From NCBI GenBank assembly GCA_951406725.2, contig OX597828.1, positions 28,644,001 through 28,708,000 on the forward strand: a stretch of 64,000 nucleotides of DNA, given 5' to 3'. The position numbers and the translations under genes are program-made. A model generated the notes under the pieces. The model saw only the letters and a program-made list of their open reading frames with translations, had not been told where the DNA came from and searched no databases. Shown here piece by piece: positions 1 through 14,607 of this stretch (its first letter is position 1; each line of letters starts with the position of its first letter). This DNA comes from Octopus vulgaris. Lineage: Eukaryota.

Positions 1-280
1 ACCCTTTGTCAATAGCGTTATGTACTTTGGATTATGCTTCATGACACGTTTTTTTTGCTAGGAGGAATTTTGGTGGATACTTTTGTCCGTGATACATACA
101 AGTACGTTGTGTTTCGATTACAAGCATAAAAATTAGTGTTTGTATTGTAAGCTGTGCGTATAATATTTAACACGCAATTTTTTTTTTACGTTGATGTTAT
201 ACTTCACATTTTCCCTAGATGGAATTGCGAACTCTGCAGCCGACTGTTTCTTGCATGTGTACACGTGCACGCATGGGTTT

Positions 281-281
281 G

Positions 282-363
<82 letters not shown>

Positions 364-450
364 CATCCATCCATCCATCCATCCATCCTATCTATCTATC
401 TGCCTATCTATCTATCTATCTATCTATCTTATATATCTATCTATCTATCT
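281..450. repeat. Compound tetranucleotide microsatellite (GCCT)n-(ATCT)n-(ATCC)n
   Basis: Directly visible simple repeats; source of the ORFs at 154-683. Confidence 0.95.
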
Positions 451-981
451 ATTACCCATCCTTTATTATTTTCCCCTCTTTCTTGATTGTCCTGAAATCT
501 CTCTCTCTCTCTCTCTCTTTCCCCCTCTTTGCTTTTCTTCCTCTCGTTCCCTCTTTCCCCAAAAAACAAAAATACTTTTCTTCTCTTCTAAACAAAGCAA
601 AAACAAACACCCAAAAAAGCCATCCGATTCATTTAAATGAACAACGAAAACTTCTGTTTTCTCCCATTTTGATTTTGTCTTGACGAGTTCGATAAAAGAA
701 CGCAAGCGCTAATAAAGAATTATCCAAAATTTTGCCTGCCTCCTTTTTTATCTCTCTCTATATCAAATCGTTAGTCTGACAAAATATATTCCGTTTCGCC
801 TGTGGCTCATTGGGAAGAATATAATTTGTTGGACTGACGATTATTGATGAAGTATTAGTATTTATTCTCAGACTTACCATATGGTACCTAATTCAACGTT
901 GCTGGACATAGATTATAATTTATGTCCGGCTACTTAACATAGAGTCAAAAATTAATTATTTTTGAACTTCTCACCCCATTG

Positions 982-1037
<56 letters not shown>

Positions 1038-1039
<2 letters not shown>

Positions 1040-1355
1040 CGGAGATGTACTCGCATAGCAAGTAATTTGATCTGAGATCGTGTGCTGAAACGAAAACAAT
1101 TGCAGCGTGGGAGGTGTTTATAAGCCATTTAAGAAACACACAAAAGCCGTTCGATTCACTCCAACATTTAAGTTTAATTTGTCAAAATATTTTCGTCGCT
1201 AAAATCCGCGACCTGTTCAGGACTTTGTCAGTGAACAGGTCGCGGATTTTAGCGACGAAAATATTTTGACAAATTAAACTTAAATGTTGGAGTGAATCGA
1301 ACGGCTTTTGTGTGTTTCTTAAATGGCTTATAAACACCTCCCACGCTGCAATTGT
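1038..1355. mobile_element. Fold-back Penelope-like (pLTR-type) element in (TA)n; perfect 124-bp inverted arms
   Basis: Arms 1096-1219 and 1232-1355 are reverse complements around a 12-nt spacer; (TA)n on both sides; hammerhead motif at the centre. Confidence 0.7.
1224..1273 (+). ncRNA. Minimal type-I hammerhead ribozyme motif, G3-C8 variant
   Basis: Stem I TTTGTCA/TGACAAA; core GTGAACA; extra G; stem II GTCGC/GCGAC; GAA; palindromic stem III AATATT; H17=T. Confidence 0.7.
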
Positions 1356-1572
1356 ATATATATATACAAGATAAGAAAATGGAGAAATACATCTAACTCA
1401 AATTAGTAATTTGTGGTAAATCATTTTACTTTTGCCCATATAATACAGTAAATGAATTGATTGCATCGCAATCATTAACATTTATGTATTAACTTTGTTG
1501 GGTACTTCACTAGCAGTATATTGGATATATGTTATCCCATGGAGGGTTGCATTTACAACCCCTATCTAAATT

Positions 1573-1621
<49 letters not shown>

Positions 1622-1623
<2 letters not shown>

Positions 1624-1829
1624 CGGGAAGCTTTATGAAAATAGACAAAAGACGAAGGCAGGTGGAAAACAAACAAACAATTGTATTAGTATGGCGCTCA
1701 GGAAATATAAATAAAACAAGTCTTTAACGTTTCGAGCCTACGCTCTTCAACAGAAAGATACACAGAGAGAAAAAAAACACAGAAAGAAGGAGAGAAATGC
1801 GTGCAGTAACTAACGAATCAACATGGCGA
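1622..1829 (-). mobile_element. Short (TA)n-inserted hammerhead element, family A (Penelope-like pLTR derivative)
   Basis: Homologous to 21827-22018, 34601-34781, 41897-42089 and partly 54250-54320; carries a hammerhead at 1721-1758. Confidence 0.7.
1721..1758 (-). ncRNA. Minimal hammerhead motif, family A (U6 variant)
   Basis: Minus strand reads TCTTT CTGTTGA A GAGC gtag GCTC GAA ACGT T AAAGA. Confidence 0.6.
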
Positions 1830-2231
1830 ATATATATATATATATATATATCTTTACGATAGTTCAGTGCTCACAGATTGCTCACTTGGTATTTGTCGTT
1901 GATTCTTGTTGACCATTACATAACTGACCACTACTAGCATGGAGGAGGTCGTGTGGTCAATTTTTTTTATATTTTTGTAATTCGAAGGAATTGTATTTAA
2001 CAAAGGATGTCCACCGTTTCAACCAACGGAGTTAACAATATGCCAAGTAATATCTTTATCTACGTACCAGATTGTTTAATACTAATCCCCTCTCCACCCC
2101 TCTCCCTGCCCGTCTGTTAGCTGTTTACGTTCGTATCAGTAGCATTTTCTGTCGTTCTGTCTACATGTATCCCGGCCACCCTCTTACCTCACTATCTCTT
2201 ACTTCCATACATCTTTGTACAAGAACAGGAC

Positions 2232-2274
<43 letters not shown>

Positions 2275-2583
2275 TGAACCGCTGCTATCATGATTTGTTC
2301 GTTCCGCAATGAAAGTTGCTTCAACACCGGTGAACAATGAAAATAATCCCTGGTAAAAATTCCGACCGTGCTGTTCGTTATCTTTAAAAGAAAAATATCT
2401 AATCCTAGTGTCGCTCGTACGTGACATAATGAAAAACAGCAGCAAAAGAAATTTAGATGGGATAATCTCTCTCATCATGGAAACTTGGATTTTTCTAAGT
2501 AGACGAACTCGGTTTAGTGATGGCAGCAGCAGCAGCAGTAATAGTAGTAGGGTGCTCTTTGTGACGAAGATGGTGGGGAGGGA

Positions 2584-3180
<597 letters not shown>

Positions 3181-3663
3181 TTAAAATTTTTCCACAAGGG
3201 CAGCAAATTTGAGGGGAGTGAATAAGTCGATTATATCGACCCGTGTGATCAACTGGTACTTATTTCATCGACCTCGAAAGGATGATAGACAAAATCGACG
3301 AATAATAATAATAATAAAAAGCAGCCACAACAATATCAACAACAGCCTATATGTTATGAACTTGATCTTCTTTGTTTGCTGTCAGTCTAAGGAAATATTG
3401 TAAAAAGCGGCGACTTATAAAAGACGATAGAAAGAGAATGAGTGTCAAGGGGAGTAGTAAAATGAGTGTAAGTATGAGGTGGTTTTCTGGTATGTTTGGC
3501 ACAGTAGCAATCAGGGAAGGAGAGAGTAAGAAAATTTAATGAGGGTGATTGGAAATATCAATCATACTCATATAAATTTACTCACAGCTGTATTTTCATT
3601 GACAGAAAACACAAATGTAGAGTTATTTCATTCAAACAAGATAACGTAAGTTAGCTGTCATGC

Positions 3664-3883
3664 TACATGTGTCTAACACACGTGGACAGCTCCCATGACT
3701 TTCGGAAACATTTTTTCACGCTCAGAGTTGCTGAAGCATGAAACAAGCTGCCTGCGTCAGTTGTTGACTGCCATGACACTGCATCCTTTAAGGCCCTCAT
3801 GCTTTCCGAAATCCGCCGAAAATACACCTGATTATACATACACTTTAGATGAGTTGTAGTGCGCCTGAGCACTGTACACAATG

Positions 3884-3890
<7 letters not shown>
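3664..3890 (+). mobile_element. CR1-clade LINE 3' end fragment
   Basis: Translates as FRKHFFTLRVAEA*NKLPASVV (CR1 ORF2 C-terminal FF..RV...WN.LP motif); homologous to 28195-28620. Confidence 0.7.
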
Positions 3891-3917
<27 letters not shown>

Positions 3918-4814
3918 AACAAATGCTTCGAAACCTCCAGTTTCTATATCCAGATTATAAATTCACATTTATACCAATAATAATGATTGATACACTTGGT
4001 TTTGTGAGTAAATGCCCAAGTAACAATCCAGATTAGCTTGGATTTTCAGAAAAAGGAATCAATTAATTAACTCGCACATTACAAATACAATGTGTAAGCG
4101 GAACAGTAAAAATGTGCAAGACTTTTCTCGAGTTTAAAAGGTGACAATGATGGAACCTTGTATCATTATCAGAAGGTGGTTAGAATAATTTAGAAAAAAA
4201 AAAGTCTAGTTGTACCCCTTTCGATTGGTAAACACTGAATTCAGTTCGCTTCATCCGCCCGTACGAAGAACACCTTGTAAAAAAAGCTGCATTCGATTGT
4301 CAACCTTTGGATCAAAATTTGTACCATAGTTGATTTCAATATAAATCGATTAGATGTACAAAATCATCACAGCAAAGAATCACGAGACACTTCTTATTCA
4401 GTAGAAACATATGTCGGAATTTAATACGCAGAAAATGATCTTAAATACATTTTAAAGATGGGCAACTTTACAGTCTTCATTATTATGTCTAGACTACATG
4501 TATGTATGTATGTATGTATGTATGTATGTATGTATGTATGTATGTATGTATGTGTGTATGTGTGTATGTATGTATGTATGTATGTAAGTATGTGTGTATG
4601 TATGTGTGTGTGTGTATGTATGTATTTAATTACAATTTCACACAGCTCTGTGCTACTTAAAGTCGTAGGCTCGGAGCTGAAAACTGTTCTTCAATAATAT
4701 ATCTGACTCCTATTTCACATATATATGTGTACGTATATGCGTGTATATATATATATGATTTTGATTTTGATTTTTCCAGTTTCAGCTAATGAGCTGTGGC
4801 CATGCTGGGGCACC

Positions 4815-4892
<78 letters not shown>

Positions 4893-4908
4893 TATATATA
4901 TATATGTG

Positions 4909-4955
<47 letters not shown>

Positions 4956-4959
4956 TGTA

Positions 4960-4996
<37 letters not shown>

Positions 4997-5485
4997 CAGT
5001 CCTCGCGATTCGTTCCTTCGCCTTCTGTATTTCTTGGAATAAGGAACTCTAACTTAACACTTCTAATTCAATTCTCACAGCCTATAAATTCGTACATTTT
5101 GCACATTTTTACTGAACTGCATCGGAACTATGAAAGTTATGCTTTTATTTCTCCATTTTCTATCTCAAAGGGAAATAATATATTGTATACAAACATTGCT
5201 TTTATATATTCTAGCTTAGCCTTAAGATAGGTTAGAATAGAATAGAATAGTTTATTTACAAAAATTAATAAACAGAAAAATCATCGATGCACGCGGAATA
5301 TTGTCTCCGTAGATCGAAATCCATGGGCGAGCGTAATAATTCTCGTAGACAATTTTCCCTGCTTTTATATTTGTAAACAAACCAACGCCATGACAGTTAT
5401 TCCCTACACGGCGCCATTACACGAAAGGGCAGCAACTAAAGACTTTTTAGTATTTGGGAGTTCTTAGTATATATACAATAATATA

Positions 5486-5519
<34 letters not shown>

Positions 5520-6564
5520 TGTATGTATGTTTGTATGTATGTATATATATATATATATATACATTATATGTATGTATATAAATATATGTAATATGTCGGT
5601 TTGTGTATTATTTGTATGCATGTATATATATATATTATCTCTATGTAAAATATATATATACATATTGCCATACCGAAAAGTAATATAATATATAAAAATG
5701 ACAATGCTGGTTCGAATGTGAAGAAGTGAAAGCCCTGTAAAACGGATAGAATTAAGTTAAAAACGAATACAACCAACCGAACCAACCAATCATAATCTCC
5801 AATCAGCCGAGCTTTGAACATGAGCAAATCATAAAAAAATATTTAAGTAAAAAACAAAGCCAAAGAACAAATACGGAATGTAGGAAATACATTGGTGACG
5901 ATTTGTACTTTACTCTTTAATAGGACGGCGGCCATGCTGGAGCCCTGATTTTAAGGTTTTAGTCGAACAAATTAATCCTAGTATTCAGTTGCTTTTGTTT
6001 CATAAAGTCTGGTTCTTATTCTTTTCTATTCTAGGCACAAGGCCCGAAATTTTTGGGAAGGGGCCAACCACTTAGGAATGGATATTGAAAAGGTGGTGCC
6101 TCGGCATGGCCAGAGCCTTTAGGTTGAATCACGTAAAGGAATAAAATGTTTTTTTCCTTAATTTTCTTCATTTTATGTCATTGACCCAAAACATGTATTT
6201 CATCACCGAAAATAATTCCCACGAAACTGCAACGGACATAAAAATTGTCATAAGCGGATTTCCCCTTATATTTGGGGCGTGACAACTTCGCCCAACCCGG
6301 CGAAACCTAATTTTACACACGGGACCAGAAACTCTTAGATTTATAAGTAATTTAGTGACTCAAGTTTAGAGGGCGCTGTTGTTGGGGAACAGAACCCCCA
6401 AGTGATTCGATATTCGCAAATTCAAAGTTCATACGCTTTTCCAAAAACGCATCCGATATGAAAGGAGATGAATGCCAATATGTATCCTAATGCTTAGTTT
6501 GGTTTAAGCTGAATGTGTATTTTAAAAAAAACCTTTTTGTAAGTAAACCTCACATACACACAGT

Positions 6565-6960
6565 GACGCAAGTGTGGCTGTGTGGTCAACACGCTTGCTT
6601 ATCAACCATCACGTCTCTGTCTCACTGTGCGGCACATTGGGCAAGTGTCTCTTGCTGTAGTCCCGGGCTGACAAAAACCTTGTGAGTGAATTTTGTAGAC
6701 AGAAACCGAAAGGAGCCTGTGTGTCGCGCGCGCGCGTCTCGACATTCTGTGATATTAGTAAACGAGCATCTCTGTCATGAGTCGTTCGAGTTATCTATGA
6801 AAAACATATCAAGTCATGGAAGGGGGTTCAATATTACCTTACTCAGAAACAGGTAAGTGTTGACGACATGAAGGGCATCCGGCCGTAGAAAAAAATTGCC
6901 ACAATGTATTCCATTTGACCCATGAAAGCATGAAAGGCCGGACGTTAAGCGATGATGATG
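6565..6960 (+). mobile_element. Degenerate tRNA-SINE (family A head) followed by a GAAGGGCATCCGGCCGTAGAAA-type tail
   Basis: Head similar to 53391; tail homologous to 16700-16930, 21370-21550 and 29095-29300. Confidence 0.6.
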
Positions 6961-7207
6961 ACGACGACGACAATGACGATGATGATGATAACGATGAAGA
7001 AGATATATTAATGTAAACATCATGACAAAAAGAAATTGGTTTTCCTGCAGAAAAGAAGAAAAATATGCCTCTTACCAGAAACAGCTAATTTTTACATCAG
7101 TAAGTGAATTTAGCATTGTAAACCAACGGATCTCTCGTTAACCTTACACAGTCTTGCTTGCAGTCTGAAAATATACCAACGCCCGGTAATTATATACCTA
7201 TTATAAC

Positions 7208-7252
<45 letters not shown>

Positions 7253-7591
7253 GTGGGGGAGCATCATAGCCATGTGTTGAGAGGGATTCTTTGGGGTTTG
7301 AATAATTCACCTCTGGAAACATGGGTGGTTCTTTCAACATCCTTAAACAACCCTTATTCAGGGACCTTTTGAGCGGGATGGGCTACTCAACCTGAAGAAA
7401 ATTCTAACTGGGCCCCACCTGCAAGGTCATGTGCTGTTTATCTTGATATGAGATCACCATGTCGCGCACATATGGTTGTGATGCATGTGCCTGGTGTACC
7501 TTTATCAGATGGGTAGTCATGATGGGTATATTGGGCTTCGTATATTTTACCCCAGTGTCACTTTGATGGCATGAACTGCTCTCTCACTCAA
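7253..7591 (+). mobile_element. (TAA)n-inserted element, probable 3' end of an R4/Dong-clade LINE
   Basis: Flanked by (TAA)n on both sides; starts with SHVLRGILWGL, resembling the AHILRKILSM C-terminus at 52700. Confidence 0.5.
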
Positions 7592-7649
7592 TAATAATAA
7601 TAATAATAATAATAGTAAGACCGAACTTGAGACAAACCATAATAATAAT

Positions 7650-7842
7650 AGTTTCAAATTTTGGCACGTGGTCAGTAATTTCAGCTGAGGGGTAAGTCGA
7701 TTACATCGACCCCAGCGCTCAACCGATTTTTATTTTATCGATCCTGAAAGAGCGAAAGACAAAGTCGACCTCAGCAGAATTCGAACTCAGAACGTAAAGA
7801 CGGACGAAATGCCGCTAAGCATTTCGTCGGGTGTTGTCGCCT

Positions 7843-7913
<71 letters not shown>

Positions 7914-8158
7914 TAATAATAATAATAACAATGACAATAATGATCCCTTCTACTGTAGGTACACTGCCTGGAACTTGTGAGGAGGAGACTAGTCGATTAC
8001 ATTGATCCCGGTGTTTCACTGGTACTTGATTTATCGACTCCAACGCGATGAAAGGCAAAGTCGACTCCGGCGGAATTTGAACTCAGAACGTAAAGACAGA
8101 CGAAATGCTGCTAAGCATTTGGTCGGGCGTGCTAATGATTCTGCCAGCTCGCCGCCTA
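7650..8158 (-). mobile_element. Two tRNA-SINE family B copies separated by (AAT)n
   Basis: B-box GAGTTC(A/G)AATTC and GACTTTG(C/T)CTTT core on the minus strand. Confidence 0.8.
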
Positions 8159-8622
8159 ACAACAACAACAACTTCGTCAGCAACAACACGAGAAAACAGC
8201 AATAACAAAAAACGAAAAGACAAGAAAACTGCATTTGTGCCGTGTGAAAGAGATCAATATCTTTGGTGTAATCTCTTCTATTCTATTGTTTATCGATTAA
8301 GTAAATGAAGAAAGAAAAAGGTTGTTCTGTTCCCAGGTGTAAATAGGAACAGGTAATCCAACATTAACACGACATTAACAATAGGCTATATTAAACTATG
8401 ATAGATCGTCCATCAGCTTCGCCGAGGAGTATTCAGCTTGTTGTTCAATCAACTGAAATTACCTAGTCCTTAATGGATTGACGTGTAAGTGGCTGAGTGT
8501 TCCGCAGACTTGTGTAGCGTAATTCTCAACTAGAATCAACGTGACGCAACGTGTGTGACAAGGCTGTCTTTTTATAATTACAGGTACAATCCACTTGATG
8601 ACAGGACCATCTTAGTAATATT

Positions 8623-8852
8623 TATTTCTTTACTACCCACAAGGGGCTAAACACAGAGGAGACAAACAAGGACAGACAAACGGATTAAGCCGATTATATC
8701 GACCCCAGTACGTAACTGGTACTTATTTAATCGACCCCGAAAGGATGAAAGGCAAAGTCGACCTCGGCGGGATTTGAACTCAGAACGTAACCGCAGACGA
8801 AATACGGCTACGCATTTCGCCTGGCGTGCTAACGTTTCTGCCAGCTGGCCGC
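8623..8852 (-). mobile_element. tRNA-SINE family B, full-length monomer
   Basis: Same head and body as the 56351 and 57086 arrays. Confidence 0.85.
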
Positions 8853-9481
8853 CAGGCCCTTCCCATTTCCCGCGCAAATCAACATATTGCGCTCCACAGT
8901 ATGTATCTGTTGGTAGCAAGGAAAAGCAGACGTTTATCAGAATTGGGTCCCTAGACACATGGGGTCCTCCAGCAGATGCCTAGTGGGCTTCTGCCTTAAG
9001 ATGGAATTGCGGTCTTCTGTGTAGTTTCCATCAACCCAGTTTCATGCACAAAGCTAGGATCGGTCTGAGACTGTTGTAAAAGTCACTTGCCCATTATACC
9101 AAGCAGCGGAATCGAACCGAGGGTCTAAGAATAGCGAAGCGATTTCCTTAACCGTTCGGTCACGTCTGCGTTCATCTTACTTAAGGCTTTCGCTCCCAAT
9201 GAAGCTGAAGCCATCGACATCTTTTCTCTATTTTTCTCGACTCTGCACTGTCGTTTTTGTTCTTCTCCAGTTCGATCCCTGCTATCTTTCAGCTCTGACT
9301 CAATATCCAGCCTCCAGCTATTTTTACAGTTTTAGCTGATTACATCAACTCGGATACTTATTTAAGCATGGTACGTACTCCATTAGTGTCTTTTATCAAA
9401 CTGCTGTGTCACCAGGACGTAAGCAAATGAACGCCGGTTGTCATGCTGTGGAACGAGATAATAAACTCAGCCATACATACA

Positions 9482-9534
<53 letters not shown>

Positions 9535-9538
<4 letters not shown>

Positions 9539-10798
9539 CATGCAGGAAGTAAATAGGCACCTTTAATTTTCAAAATTTCTGATCTAAGCGTCTTGATATG
9601 TTTTCAGCGGTCTAGAAGTTACAATGTAATTATGTTTTTTTTCATTCTAGGTGCCATTATATTAAACTTTTGCGAAGAGTAACCATGCTATGCACAAAAA
9701 ATTCAGCAGAACTGTCAGATTTTCAAAGAGGTCATATTGTTGGGTAATCTGAGGCTGGTCTTAGCCGGCAAAAAATTGCCGAGAACCTTCAAATTCCTCT
9801 TGCTACTGTTAATAGAATTATAGTGCAATTCAAAAGCCAAGGAAAAGAATCAACAGATTCTCGTCCCGGCCAACCTGGGCCCTCTGAAAGGCAGCTTCCC
9901 TGTTTGTAGAGAACTGTAGAAAACGAACCCCGTTTGAAGGCTTCTGACATTGCAAAACAGCTAGAAGTTAATCGAAGAATGTGTGGTACATATCTGCATA
10001 AGCTTAGATATTATGGACGAGCAGTTAGAAGAAAACCTCTCCTTCAACCAATTAATATCATGAAAATAAATAAATAGGCTGAGGGGACGTCAGAAAAATC
10101 CAGTTCATTTTGGGATAGAATGATTTTCTCAGATGAATCCAGATTTGCCTTATTTTCAGAGAGTGGGCGCGTTTGGGTCTGGAGTCTTCCCAATCAAGAA
10201 TTTGATTTGAAATGACTCCAACCAACTGTGAAACATGGCGGTATCTCTGTAATGATATGGGGAGCTGTCAACAGCAATGGTCGTTCTGAGCTGATCAAAT
10301 GTGTTGGAACCATAAACTCTGAAAAATACATCGAAATACTTAAGCAAAGTGTACTTCCGATGTATGCACACGATAACATAACGGAAAATGAAATTTTATT
10401 CATGAAAGATGGGGCTCCATGCCAACAGCGAAAATGGCTGACTGAAAATGAGATCAAAAAGCTTCCTTGGGCGAGCCAATCTCCTGACATGAACCTAATT
10501 GAAAATCTTTGGAACATACTAGATAGAGCTATACGAAAACCTCGACAGAAGCCTAAATCTAAAGATGAATCTTTTTCGATTGTTGCGTGAAAAGTGAGCA
10601 GAAATTCCACAAGAGACAATCACAACGCTCCTCAGTTCAATACCAAAAAGAGTTTCTGAATTAAAAACTGTAAAGGGAATGTCAACTAACTACTAAAGTA
10701 TGTAGTCCTACCTATCGATTACATTTCAATTGTTCGCTTTGCGCATTAAATACAAGATTTTGAAAATTAAAGGTGTCTATTTACTTCCTGCATGTCAG
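9535..10798 (+). mobile_element. Tc1-family DNA transposon, full length, decayed
   Basis: ~40-bp TIRs CAGACATGCAGGAAGTAAATAGGCACCTTTAATTTTCAAAAT at both ends; TA at the left end; internal transposase. Confidence 0.92.
9685..10696 (+). pseudogene. Tc1 transposase pseudogene
   Basis: ELSDFQRGHIVG HTH start; IFSDES, KHGGISVMIWG, DGAPC and SPDMNLIENLW motifs; several stops and frameshifts. Confidence 0.9.
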
Positions 10799-11649
10799 CC
10801 TCTGTGTGTGTGTGTGTGTGTATGGATGGATGGGGGGGATCCATGAACAGAAAAAGCAGGAAAAACAAATGAAGGCCAACTGGACATACACAGGGAATAT
10901 ATTAGATTAAAGTTCAGTGAAAGATGTTTTGTGGTTGGCGCTTCGTCGGAAAGAGGAAAACACCGAGAGAAGAGGAAAAGGGGGAAAGATCTGATAGTCT
11001 GGAGAAAAGCACGTGACCAGAAGCTGGAGAGAAATAGAAAATTCACTGAGAAGGCACTGGTCGCTCCGGAGCTATATTAGCATATATTTGTCCAAAGTAC
11101 TGCGCAGTGGGATTGAACCCGAAGCCTTATGGTAGTAAAGAGAACTTCTTTTGCACACAGTCATGCTTGTGCCTGATAAACATGTTTTTATTATTATCGA
11201 CACTGAAAAGATGACAAGTTGACCAGGCCAGGATTTGAACTCAGAGTACAAAGAATGGGAAGAAACATTGCAAGATATCTCTCCGATACAATGTTTGATC
11301 ACAGGTCTGTTGGGGGAGGGGTCACGGCTGACCGGGTCTAAACAACAACAACAACAACAACAACTATTACCAGCAGTTCCACCAAGAAAGAACCTTTACG
11401 TGCTCTTTCGATCTGCTAAACACAGCAACCAAACACCCTCGAAATTATAACTCGCAGTCTTGTAATAAAAACAAAACAAAGAAAAAGTAGGGAAAGGCCC
11501 ACAGGATAAAGTAGCTCTGGACATATATACCCTTAGGTATGGTCACGCGTGGCACTCACTCCTTCCATCGTAGGTCAGCCCAATCAAGCTGACTCGGGGT
11601 TAAACATCAACCCGTCACAGCTGCGCTTAACACTCATGTATTAGCAGTA

Positions 11650-12141
11650 ATGATAGCAACGATGATGATGATGATGATGATGATGATGAGGATGAGGATG
11701 GTAGTGGTGGCAAAGATGATGGTTTTGGTTGCAGTAATGAGGGTGATAAAGCTCGCAGTGACGATTCTGGTAACTGTCGGTGCAGTGGTAGTAGCAGTTG
11801 AAGTAGCAATGGTAGTAGTGGTAGTATTAGTAGTAGTAGTGGTGGTAAGGATGGTAGTGTGGTGATGATGGCGGCAGTTGTGATTGGTGTATTGGTAGAG
11901 TGTTGAAATAACTGTAGCGGCGGCGGCGGTGGTGGTGGTGATAAAAACGTTGAATGGCTGTAGTGGTGGTGGTGAAGATGGCGTCCTGGAAGTGGTGGTG
12001 GTAGTAGTAGTAGTTGTAGTGGTGATGATGGTGCTGTTGATGGTGAAAGTAAACGTGGTGGTGGTGGTGGTGGTAGTGGTAATAAATGGTTTTTATTCAT
12101 GTAATAGAATCTTGCCCGACATGACTCACTTTCAGCAATTT

Positions 12142-12190
<49 letters not shown>

Positions 12191-13200
12191 GCTACTGCTG
12201 CTGCTGCTGCTGCTGCTAGTGTTGTTGTTGCTGTTGTTGTAGACAGTTTTATGAAATAAAAGTTAGATGAAATATTGAAGATTGACTGCCTGGTGTGGTT
12301 GGGATGGTGGTGGTGGTGGTGGTGACGGTCGGTGGTGGCGGCGGCGGTGTTAGTGGTTATGGAGTCGGAAGTGGTGGTACTAACGGTAGCTACTGTATGG
12401 GAAGTAGTAGCGATGGTGGTGGTATTCTTGATCATGATGATGATGATGATAATGATGGTTGTGATGGTGGTAGTGAAGGGTTTTAAGAGATTGGTGTGGT
12501 AATAGCAGTAGTGGTAGCGAAGGCATTGGTGGCGGTAGTGAAGGTGATAGTTGTGCTGGTGGTGGTTACGGTGGTGGTTGTCGTGGTGGTAGTGGTAGCG
12601 GTGGTTGTTGTGGTGGTAGTGACAGTGGTGGTGTTTGTGGTGGTGATGGTGGTGATAGTTGCGGTGGTGGTTGTCGTGGTGGTAGTGGTAGCGGTGGTTG
12701 TTGTGGTGGTGGTGGTGATGACAGTAGTGGTGTTTGTGGTGGTGACGGTGACGGTGTTAGTTACGGTGGTGGTTGTCGTTGTGGTAGTGGTAGCGGTGGT
12801 TGTTGTGGTGGTGGTGGTGACAGTGGTGGCGTTTGTGGTGGTGATGGTGACGGTAGTTTCGGTGGTGATGGAAGACGTAGTGTGGAGGTGATAGTAGTGG
12901 AAATACTGATAGTAACATCATTGCTAGTGTAGGTGGTAGTAGGTAGTGGTGGTTGTGGTGGTGGTGATAGTTTTGGTGGTTCCAGTGGCGATGGTTGTAG
13001 TAATGAAGGTGGCAGTTGTGATTGGTGTATTGGTAGAGTGATGAAATAACTGTAGCGGCGCTGGTGGTAGTGGTGGTGGTGATAAAAATGTTGAATGGCA
13101 GTAGTGGTGATGGTGAAAATGGCGTCCTGGAAGTAGTAGTAGTAGTCCTGGAAGTGGTAGTAGTAGTAGTTGTAGTGCGTTGTGGTGGTAGTGGTGGTAG
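11650..13200. repeat. (GGT/GAT/AGT)n low-complexity region with internal ~100-bp minisatellite and a ~150-bp direct duplication
   Basis: 11870-12020 matches 13008-13170; 12545-12860 has three related units. Confidence 0.85.
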
Positions 13201-14607
13201 CAGTACATTATATAATGCCTATATTATGGTGTAGTGTAGAACAGATTTTGGAATAGTTCCAATATTTTTGTCTCAAGGCCGCAACATATTCCAATATTCC
13301 GATATTCCAATATTCCTTCCTATATATTAACATTTCGAAATATTCATTGTTTTTATGTTTAGTATTATTTTCTGTTTTTTTTTTTTATTTCTCTTACGTA
13401 GGCGTTAAGTCCCCTCTTGCCTGGTACCACATGGAGCTAAGAACCACTGCGCCTGCGCAGACGCTGAAGTAGTTTGTGATGATGATGGCGATGATGATAG
13501 CAGTTATGTTTGTTTTAGTTTACTAATATATTTGCATGAAAAAAATGGTTCGTTCTAGAACTTCATTGCTATGCAAAACTCACGAAGACCCCCTCCTCCT
13601 CCTCCTCCTACTACTACTACTACTACTACTACCACTACTACCGCCGCCACCACTGTCACCACTACTCTTTTTTTTCTTTCAGAGTCCTAGGACTCACAAG
13701 TTTAACTCGGTTTCAATGGTGTATAAGCGACTGAAGTGAAAGCGCTTCTCAACCACCCAGAACAGGACGCTAGTCCATCGAAGGTTGAACTTCCCATGCA
13801 TCGCTGGAACTCACTGGCTTCTGAGTGAACCGGAAGAACGTGAAATGAAGACATTTTGCTCAAAGAACACAACGCATCGCCCGGTCTGGGAATCGAACCC
13901 ACTACTTTACGATCGCGATTGTAACACCCTTAATCAACTAAACCTCGGCGGAATTTGAACTCAGAACGCAGCGGCAGACGAAATACCGCTAAGCATTTCG
14001 CCCGGCGTGCTAACGGTTCTGCCAGCTCGCCGCCTTGGGAATCAAACATCTTGTCATACAGCTATGCTTGCGTCTATAGAACAGACTTCATTCAAAAGTT
14101 CAAGACTACAAAAATGCAATTCAAAATAGGTTTGTCTGCCATTTCTCGAGACGAGTCTCGCAGGTTTAAACGAACTCGCTGTGATTGTAAATCACTTGAT
14201 ATCGATATTGCTGTTACTGCTGCGTCTGCTATTTTCCCTACAATGAACCGATCGCCGATCAATATCCGACACTTTATTCATAACACCTCATTTCATAATG
14301 CTTTCCTACAGTCACTAATCCCTTTCTCACCTGTAAATCTCTTCAGATCATCACTGTTTTGTTTGAACTATCTCTGTTAATAAAGCTATTAAGCGTGAAT
14401 ACATATGGCATACACTATATATTGCACAAAAGCAAAGACTCTTTAGAACAGTCTTATTTAATCTACCTTACCCATGTATCGTTCGCTCAATACATGAATA
14501 AATCTATAGAATAAATCTATAGTTCTTTCCGTCATTCTGTCTATCTTTCTACCTATCTAGTTATCCAGCTAATTTATCCTTAACTCCATGTATAACTTCG
14601 TGGAATA

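Noticed and set aside
1366-1573. (TA)n-flanked insert with a GGGTTG/CAACCC hairpin as another hammerhead element
   Set aside because: No core or GAAA motif found on either strand.
12496-12891. Poly-Val ORF / antisense Thr-rich mucin-like ORF
   Set aside because: (GGT)n low complexity with no splice or domain support.
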